Part shown: piece by piece, positions 48,841 to 62,943 of the stretch | Layout of the letters: each line of letters opens with the position of its first letter | How positions within the stretch are numbered: the first letter of the stretch is position 1 | Made by a program: the position numbers and the translations under genes | NCBI GenBank assembly: GCA_026770705.1 | Contig: JANJGN010000010.1 | Span: 46,996,001 to 47,060,000 of the forward strand | DNA length: 64,000 nt | Origin: Isurus oxyrinchus | Taxonomy: Eukaryota | Reading direction: 5' to 3' | The notes under the pieces: generated by a model | The model's database searches: none | The model's input: the letters and a program-made list of their open reading frames with translations, nothing else | What the model was told of the DNA's origin: nothing

Positions 48841-50486
48841 ATGGGCAACTCTTTTTAAAAATTAATTTATGGGATATGGGTGTCACATGTAGGCATTTAT
48901 TGCCCATCCCTAATTGTCATTGAGAAGGTGGTGGTGAGCTACCTTCTTGAGTCGCTGCAGTCCCTCTAGTGTAGATACACCAACAGTGTTGCTGGGGGGG
49001 GAATTCCAGGATTTTGATCCAGCGACAATGAAGGAAGGACAATGTATTTCCAAGTCAGGATGGTGAGTGGCTTGGAGGGACTGGGGGAGGGGAAAGGACA
49101 GGGGAGCAAAAGACAAGTGCTACACACGCCATGCTTCTAAAACCAAAAGTGAAAGGAGAGTTGCGTTGGGTGGGAACAGGTGCTGCATGGGACTGTGATC
49201 AATGGGTGGGCAGAGATGCAGGTCAGCTCAGATGGACAATTGAAAGTGAACCGCAGGAGGCAGCTTTGAAAATACTCAGGACACTGAGGTAAGTGTGGTG
49301 GAGGAAGGAACCGCATGCGTGGGAGTGTGCTTGTGCGAGGTTCAAAAATTCCCTGTCACATACAAACTTATCCCTTCAGAATCACTTGTGGGTTGCGTGC
49401 ATGCAGCTGAACTGATGGTTGGGTTTGGGGGGGGGGGGGTGCGCGGATGGAGTGGGAGGACTCGCGAAGCCTGTCAATGAAGTTGAAATGACACCATTAC
49501 ACATTATTCAGTGAAAGAGAATATTTTTTCAGATTATAAAGTGACAAAATGTGTTCACCCATGCTATCAATTCTGATCAGGATTTCTTAACTTTTCTAGG
49601 CCTAACACTTCTAGGTCCTGCCCGGACATCCGCAGCAAGGATAGAGATAGCCTGTGCAATGGTTGGCCCTTTTGCCTCTGATGACTTCGTCATGGGTCCT
49701 CTGGAGAGCCAAGGCCTTGGGGGCCCTGGCTTGCTTTGGCTGCCCTCCAATGGGCCAGCTGCTCCCTTTGCAATGACAGAGGATGAGGTTGAGGGGGTCA
49801 GGCAAAGGGGATTTGGAGGGAGAGGACAGTCTCTGAGATTCCTGAGTGGATGACCCAGGGATGTCCAGCTGCCTTTCTTTCTCCATTCAGGTGCCCGAGG
49901 GCCCCAGTTTGACTCCTTGAGGGGAAGCAGCACCTGGAGGGATGTCAAGGTGCCCCATTTCCCTCTCACATTGCCAGTGGAGGGACTCACCCATGGCTAC
50001 CGCGATGAAGTGCAGCTCTGCGCGCATCTCTGTATTCTGCTGGATTAGGCTTTCCATGGCATCTTTCCAATGGACCTCCACGCATGCACGTGGGCACCAC
50101 TTCATCAGAGAGCAAGTGGACATACTCCTCCGACTTGCGCGCCACTCTGTTCAGATTTCATCATCGGAACATCTGTGTGATGTTCCTCCACCTTCTGCTG
50201 ACTCTCCATGGCTAGTTAGAAGGCCATATCCAGAGGTGTTAGAAGGCTGAACCCAGAGGCTAGTAATCTGACTCGGACCTCACAGATGCCTCTTCCTCAG
50301 CAGTCCTCCAAGTGCCGGGAAGCTCGGCTGAACCTGCCTCCTCCTGCTGCAGACACGGGTCCATGCGGTGACCACCAGATCGTGAACTTGAGCCTGCTCT
50401 AGATCTAGGTCTTACCGAGGTGTGTGACTCTGGGCTGGTGGAGGCTGTGGGTAAATGCTGTAATGGATCTTCTGGGCTGCTTTTTT

Positions 50487-51785
50487 AAAAATTCATTCAA
50501 AGAATGTGGGCTTCACTGGGTAGGCTAGCATTTATTGCTCATTCCTAAATGCCCTTAGCAATTAGAGAAGGTGGTTGTGAGCTGCCTTCTTGAACCACTG
50601 CAGTCCATGTGGTGTAGGTACACCCACAGTGCTGTTAGGGAGGGAGTTCCAGGATTTTGACCCAGCGACAGTGAAGGAATGGTGATATATTTCCAAGTCA
50701 GGATGGTGAGTGGCTTGGAGGGGAACTTCCAGGTGATGGTTTCCAATGTGTCTGCTGCCCTTGTTTGTCTATATGGTAGCGATCATGGGTTTGGAAGGTG
50801 CTGTCAAAGGAGCCTTGGTGAGTTTCTGCAGTGCATCTTGTAGTTGGTACACACTGCTGCTACTGTGCGTTGGTGATGGAGGCAGTGAATGTTTGTGGAT
50901 GGGGTGCCAATCAAGCGGACTGCTTTATCCTAGATGGTGTCAATCTCTTTGAATGTTGTTGGAGCTGCACTCATCCAGGCAAGGGGAGAGTATTCCATCA
51001 CATTCCTGACTTGCGCCATGTAGATTGTGCAGAGGCTTTGTGGAGTTAGGAGGTGAGCTACCCACAGCAGGATTCCCAGCTCCTGACCTGATCTTGTAAC
51101 CACAGTATTTACGTGGCTAGTCTACGATTTATCTGTTTTTCTGGAGACAATAGTGCTGCATTGAGTTCTTTTCAAAGTCTCTGGGTGGAATCGTCCCAGG
51201 TTTGCACTAAGTACAGTAGCCGGCAGGAGAAAGAATGGTTTACTTGCCAGCCACAATAGCGGCTTTTCACGCAGTATTGTCCAAATCCCACCTCATTAAT
51301 CATGCATACCTGGGAAACACGCCGTCAATGATAACCCCCAAGATGTTGATAGAGGGGGACTCAGTGATGGTAATGCCATTGAATGTCAAAGGGCAATAGT
51401 TAGATTCTCTCTTGTTGGAGGTAGTCATTGCCTGGCACTTGTGTGGCGCGAATGTTACTTGCCACTTGCCAGCCAAACCTGGATGTTGTCCAGGTCTTGC
51501 TGCATTTGGCCAGGACTGCTTCAGTATCTGAGGAGCTGCAAATGGTGCTGAACATTGTGCAATCATCAGCAAGCATCCCCACTTCTGACGTTATGATGGA
51601 AGGAACGTCATTGATGAAGCAGCTGAAGATGGTTGGGCCGAGGACACTACCCTGAGGAACTCATGCAGTGATGTCCTGGAGCCGAGATGACTGACATCCA
51701 ACAACACAACGATCTCCCTTTCTGTCAGGTATGATTCCAACCAGCAGACAGTTTTTCCCCTTATTCCCATTGACTCCAGTTAGTG
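50487..51785 (-). mobile_element. CR1-superfamily LINE (family B) inserted in the Harbinger relic
   Basis: MLADDCTMF, KWQVTFAPHKCQAM, attcattca tail. Confidence 0.88.
51124..51325. repeat. 202-bp inverted copy of 52458-52659
   Basis: Direct reverse-complement match with a few substitutions. Confidence 0.9.
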
Positions 51786-53339
51786 CGATGGCATGCTCCT
51801 CAAAGTGAGTGAGGCACCTAAAGTGGGCCACTTCACCCCTGGTCCGGGACCTCTCCCTGCTGTTGTCAACCAGCATGAAAACAGATGGGGAGAGTGCATG
51901 AAATGTTTGTATGGTGAGCAGAGCCATGGACGGGATGAGGATGCGAGCTCGAGAGGATATGAGTCTGATACAGGTGTGAGGGTGTGTGTGAGAGTTAGTG
52001 GTGTTGTCCCTTGAGGTGTGAGATCCCTGTGAATGTGTGATGGGTTTGTGGGTGTGTGAGTTGAGAGCGATGAGAAGAGTGACTTACGTTGGCAGAACGA
52101 TGAGACCATTCATGTTATTTTGGCGCCGGGTGGCTGTCCTTTTTTCCAGGGCATTGGTGCTGACCAAGGCTGCCACCACCTTCCATGCTGGATTTGTCAC
52201 CTTGCTTGCTGGTCTTCGCCCAGTGTGGGGGTAGAGGACATTACAGCAGGCATCGAAAAGGTGTTTCAGGGATGCATCACTGAATTGGGGGGGTTGCAGT
52301 CTTTTTGCCTTTCGGAGCTATGTCTTCTGTGGTAGCAGTCGTGGGCTGGAAGATCTGAGAGGTGTATGCGTGGCTGCACTTTAAATATGGCACCCGGCGT
52401 GGAGGAAGTGACAAGATGACAGTGTGGTGGGTGAACTGCAGGCCGCAAATCAGCGAAACGGCGTGTTTCCCAGGTATGCATGATTAACGAGGTGGGATTT
52501 GGACAATACTGCATGAAAAGCCGCTATTGTGGCTGGCAGGTAAAACGTTCTTTCTCCTGCCGGTTACTGTACTTAGTTCAAATCTGGGACGATTCCACCC
52601 AGAAACTTTGAAAAGAACTCAATGCAGCACTATTGTCTCTAGAAAAACAGATAAATCGTCCATTTACATCTTTAAAATCTGGATGCCGAAAGCTGTAGGA
52701 CCTCTGAGTGAAGGCAGCAGAACCACCGAATTCAGCCTGAAGCCAGTCAGGTCAACAATCTTCAAGAACTGTATACTTCTTTGATTTTTCTGAATCAAAA
52801 TTACTGAATCTGTCCTCCTCCACATCTATTTTTGAGTGTTTGAACTTCGAGTGTTTGTGTGTATAAAAGTCAGACCAGGTGAAGTACAATAAAAACTATC
52901 CTCTTTTAATTTTAAAAGCTCAAGAAAACCCGAATGATTGTTTTGTTTATGGTCACAACATTTAAGCAGTTAAACAGACACAGAATTGGCAAGTATATCC
53001 TTTTTAAAAAATAAAACCTGTTCCAGTCAAATAAGAAGAGGGAAAAGAGGGGAGCCATTCGACCCCTCCTCACCTGGTCATAACAAAGGAGAATTGAAAG
53101 ATTATGAGCAGAGCCTCTGCAATATCCACCCTTACTTTCCTCAGTAACTTAGGATGCATCCCATCCAGACTGGATAACTTCTCTATTTTGAGGACTGCCA
53201 TCTATTTAGGTTCCTTCTATATCTATTATCTACCTATTATCCAGTACCACTGCTGCTTCGTCCTTTGCTGCTACATTGGCAGCAGTCTCTCTTCTAGTCA
53301 CATACACATATGCAAAGTACACGTATAGCAACACAGCAG

Positions 53340-56097
53340 TTATGTCACTGAACTAGAAATATAGAATCCTGGATTAATAATAAAAACTGGACTGACTACC
53401 CATCAACCTAGGCGTTAGATTCAGCCAAGGCAAACACACATCTAGCCAGGTAAACCCTGCAAAGTCCTCCTCAGTAACATCTGGGGACTTGTGTCAAAAT
53501 TCAAAGAGCCATCCCAGAAGCCAGTCATACCGTAGCCTAATTGTCATATCCACAGAATCATACTTTTCAGTCAACATCCCAATTCCCCTATCATCATCTT
53601 TGGCTATGTTCTTTCCCACCTTCAGGACAGACCAACCAGAGGTGACAGCAGAGTAGTGTATACCTGGGAGTGGCCCTGAGAATCTTCAACATAGGCATCA
53701 GCCCCCATGAAGTCACACAGCATCAGATCAAACATGGGCAAGGGGGACTCCTGTTGATTACCATTTACATACAACCCTCAGCTGATGAATCTGTGCGTCT
53801 CCATATCACAAGGGCACAGAGTGTACTCTGGGTAGGAAACTTCGATGTCCAATATAAAGAGCGGCTTAGTAGCACAACTAATGATCAGCTTGCCTAATCT
53901 AAGACATATCAGCTAGACTGGGCTTGCAGCAGATGAATCATTATGAGAAAAATGTCAACTTGTTTGTCCTCACCCATCTACTTAGCACTGATGCATCTAT
54001 CCATGTCACTATTTCTTGTTATGACCATTGGAGGTGAAGTCCCATCTTCATACTGAGCACATCCTCCATTGTGTGGTGTGGCACTACCCATGCTAAATGA
54101 GATAGTTCAGAACAGATCTAGCTGCTCAAAACTGGGCATCCATGAGGTATGCACAATTAGTAACAGCAGAATTGTATACCACTCCACTCTGTAACCTCAT
54201 GCCACAACATACCATCACTTCAGCATTATCATCGAGCCGGGGAGCAATCCTGGTTTAATGAGGAATGTAGAAGAACATGCTCGGAACAATACTAGGCATA
54301 CCTAAAACTGAGGTGCCAACTTGATGAAATTACAACACTGGACTGTGTGCATGCTAAACAACAGAAGCATCATGGTTAGTGATCCCACGACCAATGAATC
54401 AGATACAGTCCTACCACATCTAGTCATGAATGGATGTGGCAAATAAAACATCTAACAGGAGAAGGAGGCTCCATGATTATCCCTAGTCTCAATGATGGCA
54501 GAGCCCAACACAAGTGCAAAAAAAAAGGTGGAAATGTATACAACCACCTTGAGCCAGAAGTGCCAGATGGATCATCCTTCCTGACCTCTGCCTGAGATCT
54601 CTCCCATTACAAATGCCAGTTTCAGCTGAATTGATTCACTCCACGTAATATCAAGAAAATGCTTAACACACTGATACAGCAAAAGCAATGAGGTGACAGC
54701 ATCCCAGCTATAGTGCTAAAGACTTGTGCACCAGAACCAGCTGCGCCTCTAGCCAAGCTGTTCCAATGCAACAATATCTATCTGACATAGTGGAAAATTG
54801 CCTAGGTATGTCTTGTGCACATAAAGCAGGACGACTCCAATCCAGCCAATTACTACCCCATCAACCTTCTCTCAATTATCAGCAAGTGATAAATGGTGTT
54901 GACAGGGCTATTAAGTGACACAGATCATTAACTGCTCACTGATACTCGGTTTGGCTTCCGCTAGGATCACTTGATTCCAGACATCAAACACGGACCAAAG
55001 AGTTAAATTCCAAACATGAGCTGAGAGTGCCAGCCCTTGACAAAATGGCATCATTTTAACAGGTTTGGCATTAATGAAGCCTAATAAGATTTAATTTAAT
55101 CAGGGAGAAAACTCTCCACTGGTTGGAGTTACACCTAGCATAAAAGAAGATGGTTACGATTGTTGGAGACCAATCATCTTAGTTCCCGGACATCACTGCA
55201 GAAGTTCCTCAAAGCGATGCCCAACCATCTTCAGTTACTTCATCAATGCCATTCCCTCCATCATAAACTCAGAAGTGGGGATATTTACACAGTAGTCCAT
55301 TCCATTCATAATTCCTCAGATAATGAAGCAGTCCATGCCAGCATGCAGCAAGACCTGAACAACATCTAAGTTTGAGCGAGTGAGTGGCAAGTGTCACACA
55401 AGTAGCAGGCAATGACCATCACTCTCTGACATTCAATGGCATTACCATTACCAATTCCCCCACCATCAATGTCCTGGGGGTTACCATTGACAAGAAACTT
55501 AACCTTATCAGCCACATAAATACAGTAACTATAAGAGGTTTGGCATTCTGCAGTGAAAAAGTTGCCTCCTGCCTGCTCAAAGCCTTTCATTATCCACAAG
55601 GCACAAGCCGGGAGTGTGATGTAATCCACCTTCCTGAATGGCTAAAGCTCCAAAATACTCAAGAAGCTCAACACCAACTAGGGCAAAGCAGCATGCTTGA
55701 TCAGCGCTCCCCTCAAGGCCTAAACCACTTATTCCCTCCACCATCAGTCCAACATAGCTGGAGTGTGTACCATCTACAATATCTAATGCAACAACTCGGC
55801 AAGGCTTCTTCAACAGCATCTCCTAAATTCATAACTCTACTGCCTAGAAGGACAAGTGCATCAGTTGCATGGGAACACCACTACCAAGTTTCCTTCCAGA
55901 TTATACGTTATCCTGACTTGAAAATACATTGCATTCCTTCATCAGCACTCCGCCTGGAACTTCCTACTTAACAGTAAAACCACTGAGACTGCAGCAGTTT
56001 CAGAAGGTGGCTCACCACCATCTTGTCAAGGGCAATTAGGAATGGCCAATGAATGCTGGCTATCCCAGCAGGACTCACATCCTGTAAATGAATAAAC
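53340..56097 (+). mobile_element. Long, old CR1-superfamily LINE (family B; EN and RT remnants) nested in a minus-strand CR1 (53090-53330 / 56110-56690)
   Basis: LLLITIYIQPS / VLWVGNFDV endonuclease remnants; NVLGVTIDKKLN; tail gggcaattaggaatgg...aatgaataaa. Confidence 0.8.
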
Positions 56098-57413
56098 TTT
56101 AAAAGGTTAAAAAGTATTCCTTTAGTACCTCAGCAATGCCGTCTGCTTCCACAAGAAGATCTTTTGGAACCCTAACTGGCTGCACCCTTCCTTTCACTGC
56201 TCCGTTACTGTTTGTGTGTTTATAAAATAACTTTGGATTCCCCTTTTATAAATACAATACTACTTCCAGTCTTTCTAATACCTCCTCTTCATGTATTTTT
56301 ATCTTATCCATTCTCCTGACAACTTCTTCAATTACCATAGCTTTAGCTGGTAAGCTTTTGTGCAAAAGATAATTAAAGTTCATTCTCAATTGTCTAGTCC
56401 TTTCTGTAATTTACCTGCAAATACACTCCTCTATCTCCTTCCCCCTATTTAGTGGCATTTATTATATATCCAATAATATAGGAGCAACTCTGTTGTACTT
56501 AAATTCTAACCAAATCGGCTCTGTCTTTGTCTCTCGACTACATCATACCCTTTCACTGTTTTTAATAGTTTAATTGATCAATACTGCCCTACCTCATCCA
56601 TCTCTTTCTTTCTTGATTATCTTGTAGCCAGGAATAATAATGTCTCAAGCCTTCCCTTCTTTGACCAGGGTCTCTGTTAATGTCATTATATCATAGTCCC
56701 AATCTCCTACAATAATTATAAGTTGGATGACTAAGACTCCATGTTTGTAGAAGTTAATTATCAATGCCAGAGAGGTTATTTGATAGTAATTAAGATTCAT
56801 CACACCGTTAAAATGGTATTTACTTTGGAATGGACAAGCCCTAACTTTTTTTGACAAGCTTAGACCGCACCTATTAAATTAATACAGGAAATTCATACAG
56901 TTTAATGTATTTTAATGGTGAGTCAGACAGCAAGGTGCCATTTTTGTGCAGCTTTTTTAGGAGCAAGGGCATCACTGATAACTGCCAGGATTTTCATCAA
57001 TAACTCACAGGACAAGTATTGCCAATTAGCACATAAATAACGGTAAGTGTTGTTGGCCTCACCATTATTTCTACTGCAAAATCTAGCCCGTTGTATTTTA
57101 TAGTTTGGTCACTCATTTTTTGTATAACTAGCAATTAATGCCTCAGATTTTGTTTTGGGTGAAAGTCTTGCTCTAGGTAGTATTGATGGCTTTTCCTTTT
57201 GAATTGAGGCATTTGTAACTCACCTTTTACAAAGGACTACAAGATAGTTGGCAAATCTATTTAATACCAGCACAGAAATTCAATTCACTCAGAAATTTTT
57301 TTTTGAAAGAATGTGAGACAACAGTTATGTTCCAGTTAATGGTGGGGTTAGATAAATATCTTTGGCTAAGAATGGCTTTCTGGGCTAATTGTGTGATTAA
57401 ATATTTCTAGTCC

Positions 57414-58319
57414 TGTGGTGAAAGTATAATAATTTTCATCATATTTTTCTGGTTTATTGTGAAATAGGTTCATGGGGGTAAGTATAATTAGGTCTGTGTG
57501 TGATTTAATTACATTTGAAGTCAAGTAGACTTCAAGTTTGAAATCATCGAAAGAAGCTAGGTACTTGACATGTTAATGAGTAAACATGGATGCTGGCTTA
57601 GCATGTAAGGTGTGAAGGGAATTTGCATTTTTAGATAAATGAAGAGATTTGGATTTCAAAGGGATCTAAGTCTGTTTACAACTAGCCAGACAAGCAAAGC
57701 TAAGGAACATGTTTATTTTTCCCAAAAGTTACTGACAACATATTAGCAACATGAAAGTTTTTACATTATATGGAAGATACAGTTTCAAAGATATATGGAA
57801 CAATAGAATTTACATATTAAAAAGAGAGAAACATATATAAAAGAGAATGAAAGGCTATGTAAGATCTAACAAGAGTGTGTGAAATAGCCTTAGTGAAGCC
57901 TCCAGAATTTGTGCATAAGTCTGCTATCTCACAAAATTGAAGTTGGGGAAAGCCATTTGGAATTCCACCATCAAGTGGGTATTGTGTTAATTTTCTGGTT
58001 CTGTTTTAAATTTAAAATCTATTCTTGGACCGTTGCCTTAAAGGTGGTGTAACTGATGGGTCGGGTTAATTAAGAATTTTAGGAGCTATTATAGGAGTAA
58101 TTGTAGTCTTATGTATATGCTTAAAATATTTATTAACAAAATATAAAAGATTTCAAGTTAACTTTTTAAATTTCTAAAGGTCTTGGTGGACTTATTATTT
58201 CTGAATTCAGTGCATACAACTCATAATTAATACAAATTGCAAAACCATTGTGATAGCGCAACCAAGTTTTCTTTGTGGATTTGGTCTGCCTGGCACACAC
58301 CATCTGCCACGTCATAACA
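57414..58319 (+). mobile_element. Solo LTR (906 bp)
   Basis: TG...CA ends (tgtggtg / cataaca) with 4-bp TSD GTCC at 57410-57413 and 58320-58323. Confidence 0.75.
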
Positions 58320-60279
58320 GTCCAAAACCAAAACTCATTTAAAGTTCAACTTTTTAATCAGCTACCTGCTCTCAGGTTAATGGGAAGTTATGAATCATGG
58401 GAAGTGTTCAATGTTATAACTAAAAGGAATACCATGTTTATACTGGCAACGTGCTTTACAAAAAAAAGTTGAGAAGGGGGTTCCATTTATTTTTTTCATT
58501 TTAGCAACAATGCCCCTTTTCTTGTGTTTTTTTTCTTTTTAAAATTTCATTCTCTGTACAATTCTGTGATCTAATTAATATTGTAACTTAATTTCAGTAA
58601 TGTAGATTTGCCTTTAATTGTGTGATTTGTATTGTGAGACAATGTAGATTTGGTTACCACAGTGACAGACAGCACACTCCTGGGTGATGAAAGGGACTGT
58701 AATGGGAATTAATTTTTCATGTGTTAAACATGTTAGTTGGTGTTATTTAGGGCACTGATGTCATAAAGCTCTGCAATAGTTTTGAAGTATGAATTGCTAT
58801 GGCTACAGCAAGTGTTCAGAGTAAAAAGGCAGCTGTAGGTATGGATGGTAGTTCCAGTTGTTAATTTGGTGTCATGAATGCTAAATCTCACATGGTGAAA
58901 GATACTAGTTCATTCTATTGTCTTACTGGGCATACACCACATCTAACTGACAACAGCAAACCTGATTATGCATCTTTTCTTCCCATCTTAAAGTAGTAGA
59001 TGCTATGCACATGCCTGGCAAATGACAAACATATGCCTGTCGTACAGCTGGCATATTTTCTTTTCATATTTGGAAAAAACATGATTCATATTGTTCAGCA
59101 ACTTTATAAACCATGTATTTAAAAAACTAAAATTATTAGCCAATTTTCCCTGGCTTTGCTGCTTGGTAGTCAGGGTTTGGGACCATTGATGTTAGGTTTA
59201 GCTGTTAATTGGCCCTATTCTTAAAGGCCAGTGGGGAAATTGTCTAAATAGGCCACACAATTATCAACACATTAATATCTGTTACTTTTGGATAGAATGT
59301 TTTTTCACAAGGAATGTTGAATGAATTGATTGGTTCACCTTCACCTTTTTTTGGTAGCTTTTCCCAAGGTTACTGAGAATTGGTTGCTTCCTTAGTGACT
59401 TCTCATCGAGACCTTTCTAGCTGCCTTTTTCAATTTTGATCTAGATATTCCCAACATCTTCATTTATGATGGACTGGCATTTTGTTAGCTAATCAGCAAG
59501 CTGTTTATATAATATTACATTTGTCCCTAGAATGATTCACAAGTGCATACAACAGATTTTTAAAAAAATTTCCATTTTCTTTTTACATCCTCTGGATCCT
59601 GGAATCAAACCACTCTTAATATTGTAAAAGAATAAGTCCTCTAATTTCCTTCCTCTGTAATGTTGTGCTGATACTTCTGAAGTTAGTCACTTAATAAAAT
59701 GGGGAGTCTAAGTGTGACCCCAATTCCAACTTGTTTAAGATTTATAGACCTTTCAGAAGTTTTTGTTTCCCAAAACTTCATCAATATTGACCCTTCCTAA
59801 GATCCTGTATCATTTTGCCTCTTTTCTCATTTTCCACCCATTAGATGGCTTAGAAAGAAAAACTGAAGCACCACTTGAAAACAGAGATGATTTAACTGTT
59901 GAAAAGCAAAATTAGGATCAATAGTCATAGTTCTTCATCGCAAAGAGTGATTCATATTTGAAAATGAGGAGGTGGGATGTTGGAGGCAAAGGTTTCAGGA
60001 AAATTTAACTAACAGTTGTAAGGACGATTGTGTAGGTTTTTTATGGATAAAATAATACTTTCCGTACAGTCTTCTTCAAGTAGATCAGAATATCTTACAT
60101 TTAGTTACACCTGCTGGGGTAGAAGACACAGCAAGTGGCCTTTGTAATGTTAGGGAGATTTTTATGAATCTTAAATGGCCACAAGCCCTCAAGTTCTATG
60201 GTATACCTGACTCTGATCTCTCCAGATGCTGACTGACCTTCTGTGGATTCTCAGTTTGTTCCCTTTCAAGCTATTTCCC

Positions 60280-60575
60280 CGAGAGGCGTGAAATAGGCAG
60301 AGAAGCCATTAAGAAAAATAAACCGTTAATGCGCAGGCGCTTTAGGCAGAGAGCCAGTCAATAAAGGAGACGGTTAATGCACAGGCGCCCTAGGCGGGGG
60401 GCCAATCAATAAAGAATGTTACTACGCAGGCGCTCTAGGTACGGAGAGGGGTCAATTTTGTAGGCGCTCTTGGTAAGGAGACGGTCATAAGAAAACCGTT
60501 ACTGAGCAGGCGCACCCTAACTCCCTCTAGAATCTCGAATAAAGCCGCGAGACTTCAACTGAACCTCCCTCTTTT
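60280..60575 (+). promoter_or_regulatory. RPL27A: RPL27A promoter: repeated NRF1-like sites, AATAAA TATA-like box, polypyrimidine (TCT/5'TOP) initiator
   Basis: TGCGCAGGCGC variants at 60330, 60378, 60423 and 60503; aataaa at 60538-60543; cctccctctttt at 60564-60575, just upstream of the ATG. Confidence 0.8.
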
Positions 60576-60590
60576 GCATCATCAGCTAAG

Positions 60591-60593
60591 ATG
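60591..60593 (+). CDS. RPL27A: 60S ribosomal protein L27a, exon 1 (ATG only)
   Basis: TOP leader, then aagATG|gtaggt donor; an ATG-only first coding exon joins exon 2 in phase 0. Confidence 0.85.
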
Positions 60594-62347
60594 GTAGGTA
60601 ATGCTGGGGAGGGTTGTCTCGTCCTGAAGTGATTAGAATCCAATGGCATCGGCTACTAAAATTCATTTAAAAACAAGTTCCAACTCATTAATCACCACGG
60701 TGCTTTTAGTCAGCAACGTGGACAGAGATTTTGCTGAGATAGGGTTGCGTTTATCCGCAACTATGCATTTGCGGCCTACTTAGTAGAGGCTCAATGTAGG
60801 GCGGTGTGGGTGATGGCTTCTCTGCTCTAGTGTAGATTTAACCAGCCGAGTGTAGTTCTCTTTAAGTAGGGGGCTAGCCACGTGCTTAGACTCCTGGCGC
60901 GGCCGGTTCTTCTCTTCCTCTCTCCCCCCCTCCCCCCCGTCCCCCGTCAAAATCCTGGGCCGAGTTCGGAGTTATCCAGCGGGGGTTAAGTTTCTTACCT
61001 GCTGAGTTCTGCGAGTCCCAGTCATTTAGCGTCCACCCTATAGGTAGCCAGAAAGCATTATGTGCAGTTACTTTTCGTTGTAAAAACTCCATTTGCGTGA
61101 ACTATTGAAGTCACAGTTTATAGTGAGATAGTAATACGATGGTTTATACAACTTGTGGGATTCGTGATGTTTTCCATTCCGTCAGAGAGTATTACTGGAA
61201 CGGCAAGCAGGCCGGAATCTTGTATTTAAATAATTGCATTGCTGCAGCAATAGTATGTGGTAAGTAATTGTTCGCGTTTAGGCTATGATTCAAGAGTTGC
61301 ATACTGACATCTGGGCCTCAAATTGCTAATGAGTTGATTGCTAATGAGTTGATTGCTAAAACGGATTGAAATAATATGGTGAAAGTAAGCTTTCCCGTTG
61401 GAGGCTGAGGTCACCTGGAGCAGAAAAGCTGCAGGCGACCTCAGGGTTGCATTTAAGTGTTGCAGTTTAACATATCATTGAGGGGCATGTTCTCTGCAGA
61501 TTTGTCCCGGTGGACTATTCTGAAAACTGAGTAGAGGCCACAAATATAGGAGGGGGAACTAGGTCACATTATTTGAAGGGAATAAGGGTGAAACTTGATT
61601 GAAATTCACTTTTGAATGTTTTTAATGTGCTTGCATGACATTCCTGTATATCTTTTCCTAAAATGTTAATGAATTTAGGTTTTTGTCGTAATGAGCCATG
61701 GTTGTTATGTATATAGCACAAGTGTGTTCTTTTAATGAACTTGAGAAGTTTCACCTTTTGTAGATCTAGAGTAATTGAAGAATGTGGAATTCTAGTTCTA
61801 TCAATGACTGCTGATTGTAAATGTAGGCCAGAAGTATACGAAGGAGCAAGTCTGAGAACCACAAGCAAAATGGGATTGAACACAACTTAGTGTCTTGGAT
61901 ACACTGAATACTACTGGCTAAACTGTTGATTATTGGTTGCTTATGCAACTGTAGTTAATCCTTGGTTTGTTGCAGTTTAGTATTGCTGCAACTGCCAGTT
62001 TTTGGCCTATTTGAGTTTTATATTTGACTGAGTGAATTCTGCTCTTGGAAAACCACTTTTGAAAAAGGGCTTGCCTCTGGGTCTTTGAGTTGCAGTTCTA
62101 AGGAACCAGATCTCTCAAAGTATTCAGAAAAAAGTGCATATATGTTCAGTTAGCAATAGCAGTAATTTAATGCATTTACTGTGTTCTGCATAATTAAGTG
62201 GTTATGATTTTCATGGTAACATATTGTGCATTTGCCTTTGCCTATAAACATACTTCAGGGGTGGGGGCTGACGAAATAATTGGTCAGTTTCCCGCTGCAA
62301 AATGTTATGAACTGGCAAAATGACTTAATGGTTGTTAATTATTTTAG

Positions 62348-62411
62348 CCATCCAGATTGAGAAAAACCAGGAAGTTAAGAGGACACGTTAGCCATGGTCA
62401 TGGCCGTATTG
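62348..62411 (+). CDS. RPL27A: 60S ribosomal protein L27a (uL15), exon 2
   Basis: ttttag|PSRLRKTRKLRGHVSHGHGRI-G|gtgagt; 64 nt. Confidence 0.97.
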
Positions 62412-62415
62412 GTGA

Positions 62416-62567
<152 letters not shown>

Positions 62568-62774
62568 GTACGTATTCTATTAAACCTACTTTGGTTCATA
62601 AGTGTAATTGTGGTCTTGCACCAAATATGGTATCTGTGCAAAGCTGAAGGTAGGTGGCCAGTGAAAAATACTATCATAAGTGAACTTTTCTGAGCATTTT
62701 ATTCAGCTGTTTTGAAGCTATGAAATATAACGCTAGTACATTTTAATAGAGGAAATAAAAGTCCTATAAGAGTC

Positions 62775-62888
62775 CTGCTCTGAAGTCATATGCATTCAAA
62801 GTGTTAACTGTTAAATCTCCACAGATGCTGCTAGACCTGAGTATTTCCAACATTTACTGTTATTTCAGATTTCCAGCATCTTGCTTTA
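62775..62888 (+). mobile_element. Decayed Penelope pLTR fragment in RPL27A intron 3
   Basis: ctccacagatgctgctagacctgagtatttcc...agatttccagcatc matches the pLTR at 42860-42945. Confidence 0.65.
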
Positions 62889-62943
62889 TACGGTTGGGGT
62901 TGTTTCTATCCTCTTCACCACCTTTATTCAAAATTGACAAAAT

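Larger units (their letters stand above)
47374..52600 (-). mobile_element. PIF/Harbinger relic with Myb/SANT gene pieces, heavily interrupted
   Basis: TIR-like gggtggaattttcc at 47374 and gggacgattccaccc ending at 52600. Myb exon 1 at ~52088-52320 (APKGKKTA..FSDASL..VLYPHTGRRP..PAWKVVAALVS..KRTATR, then GTAAGT); C-terminal exon at ~49580-50470. Confidence 0.7.

Noticed and set aside
61323-61359. 15-bp tandem duplication ttgctaatgagttga in RPL27A intron 1
   Set aside because: Real but best explained by slippage; no C/D or H/ACA structure around it.
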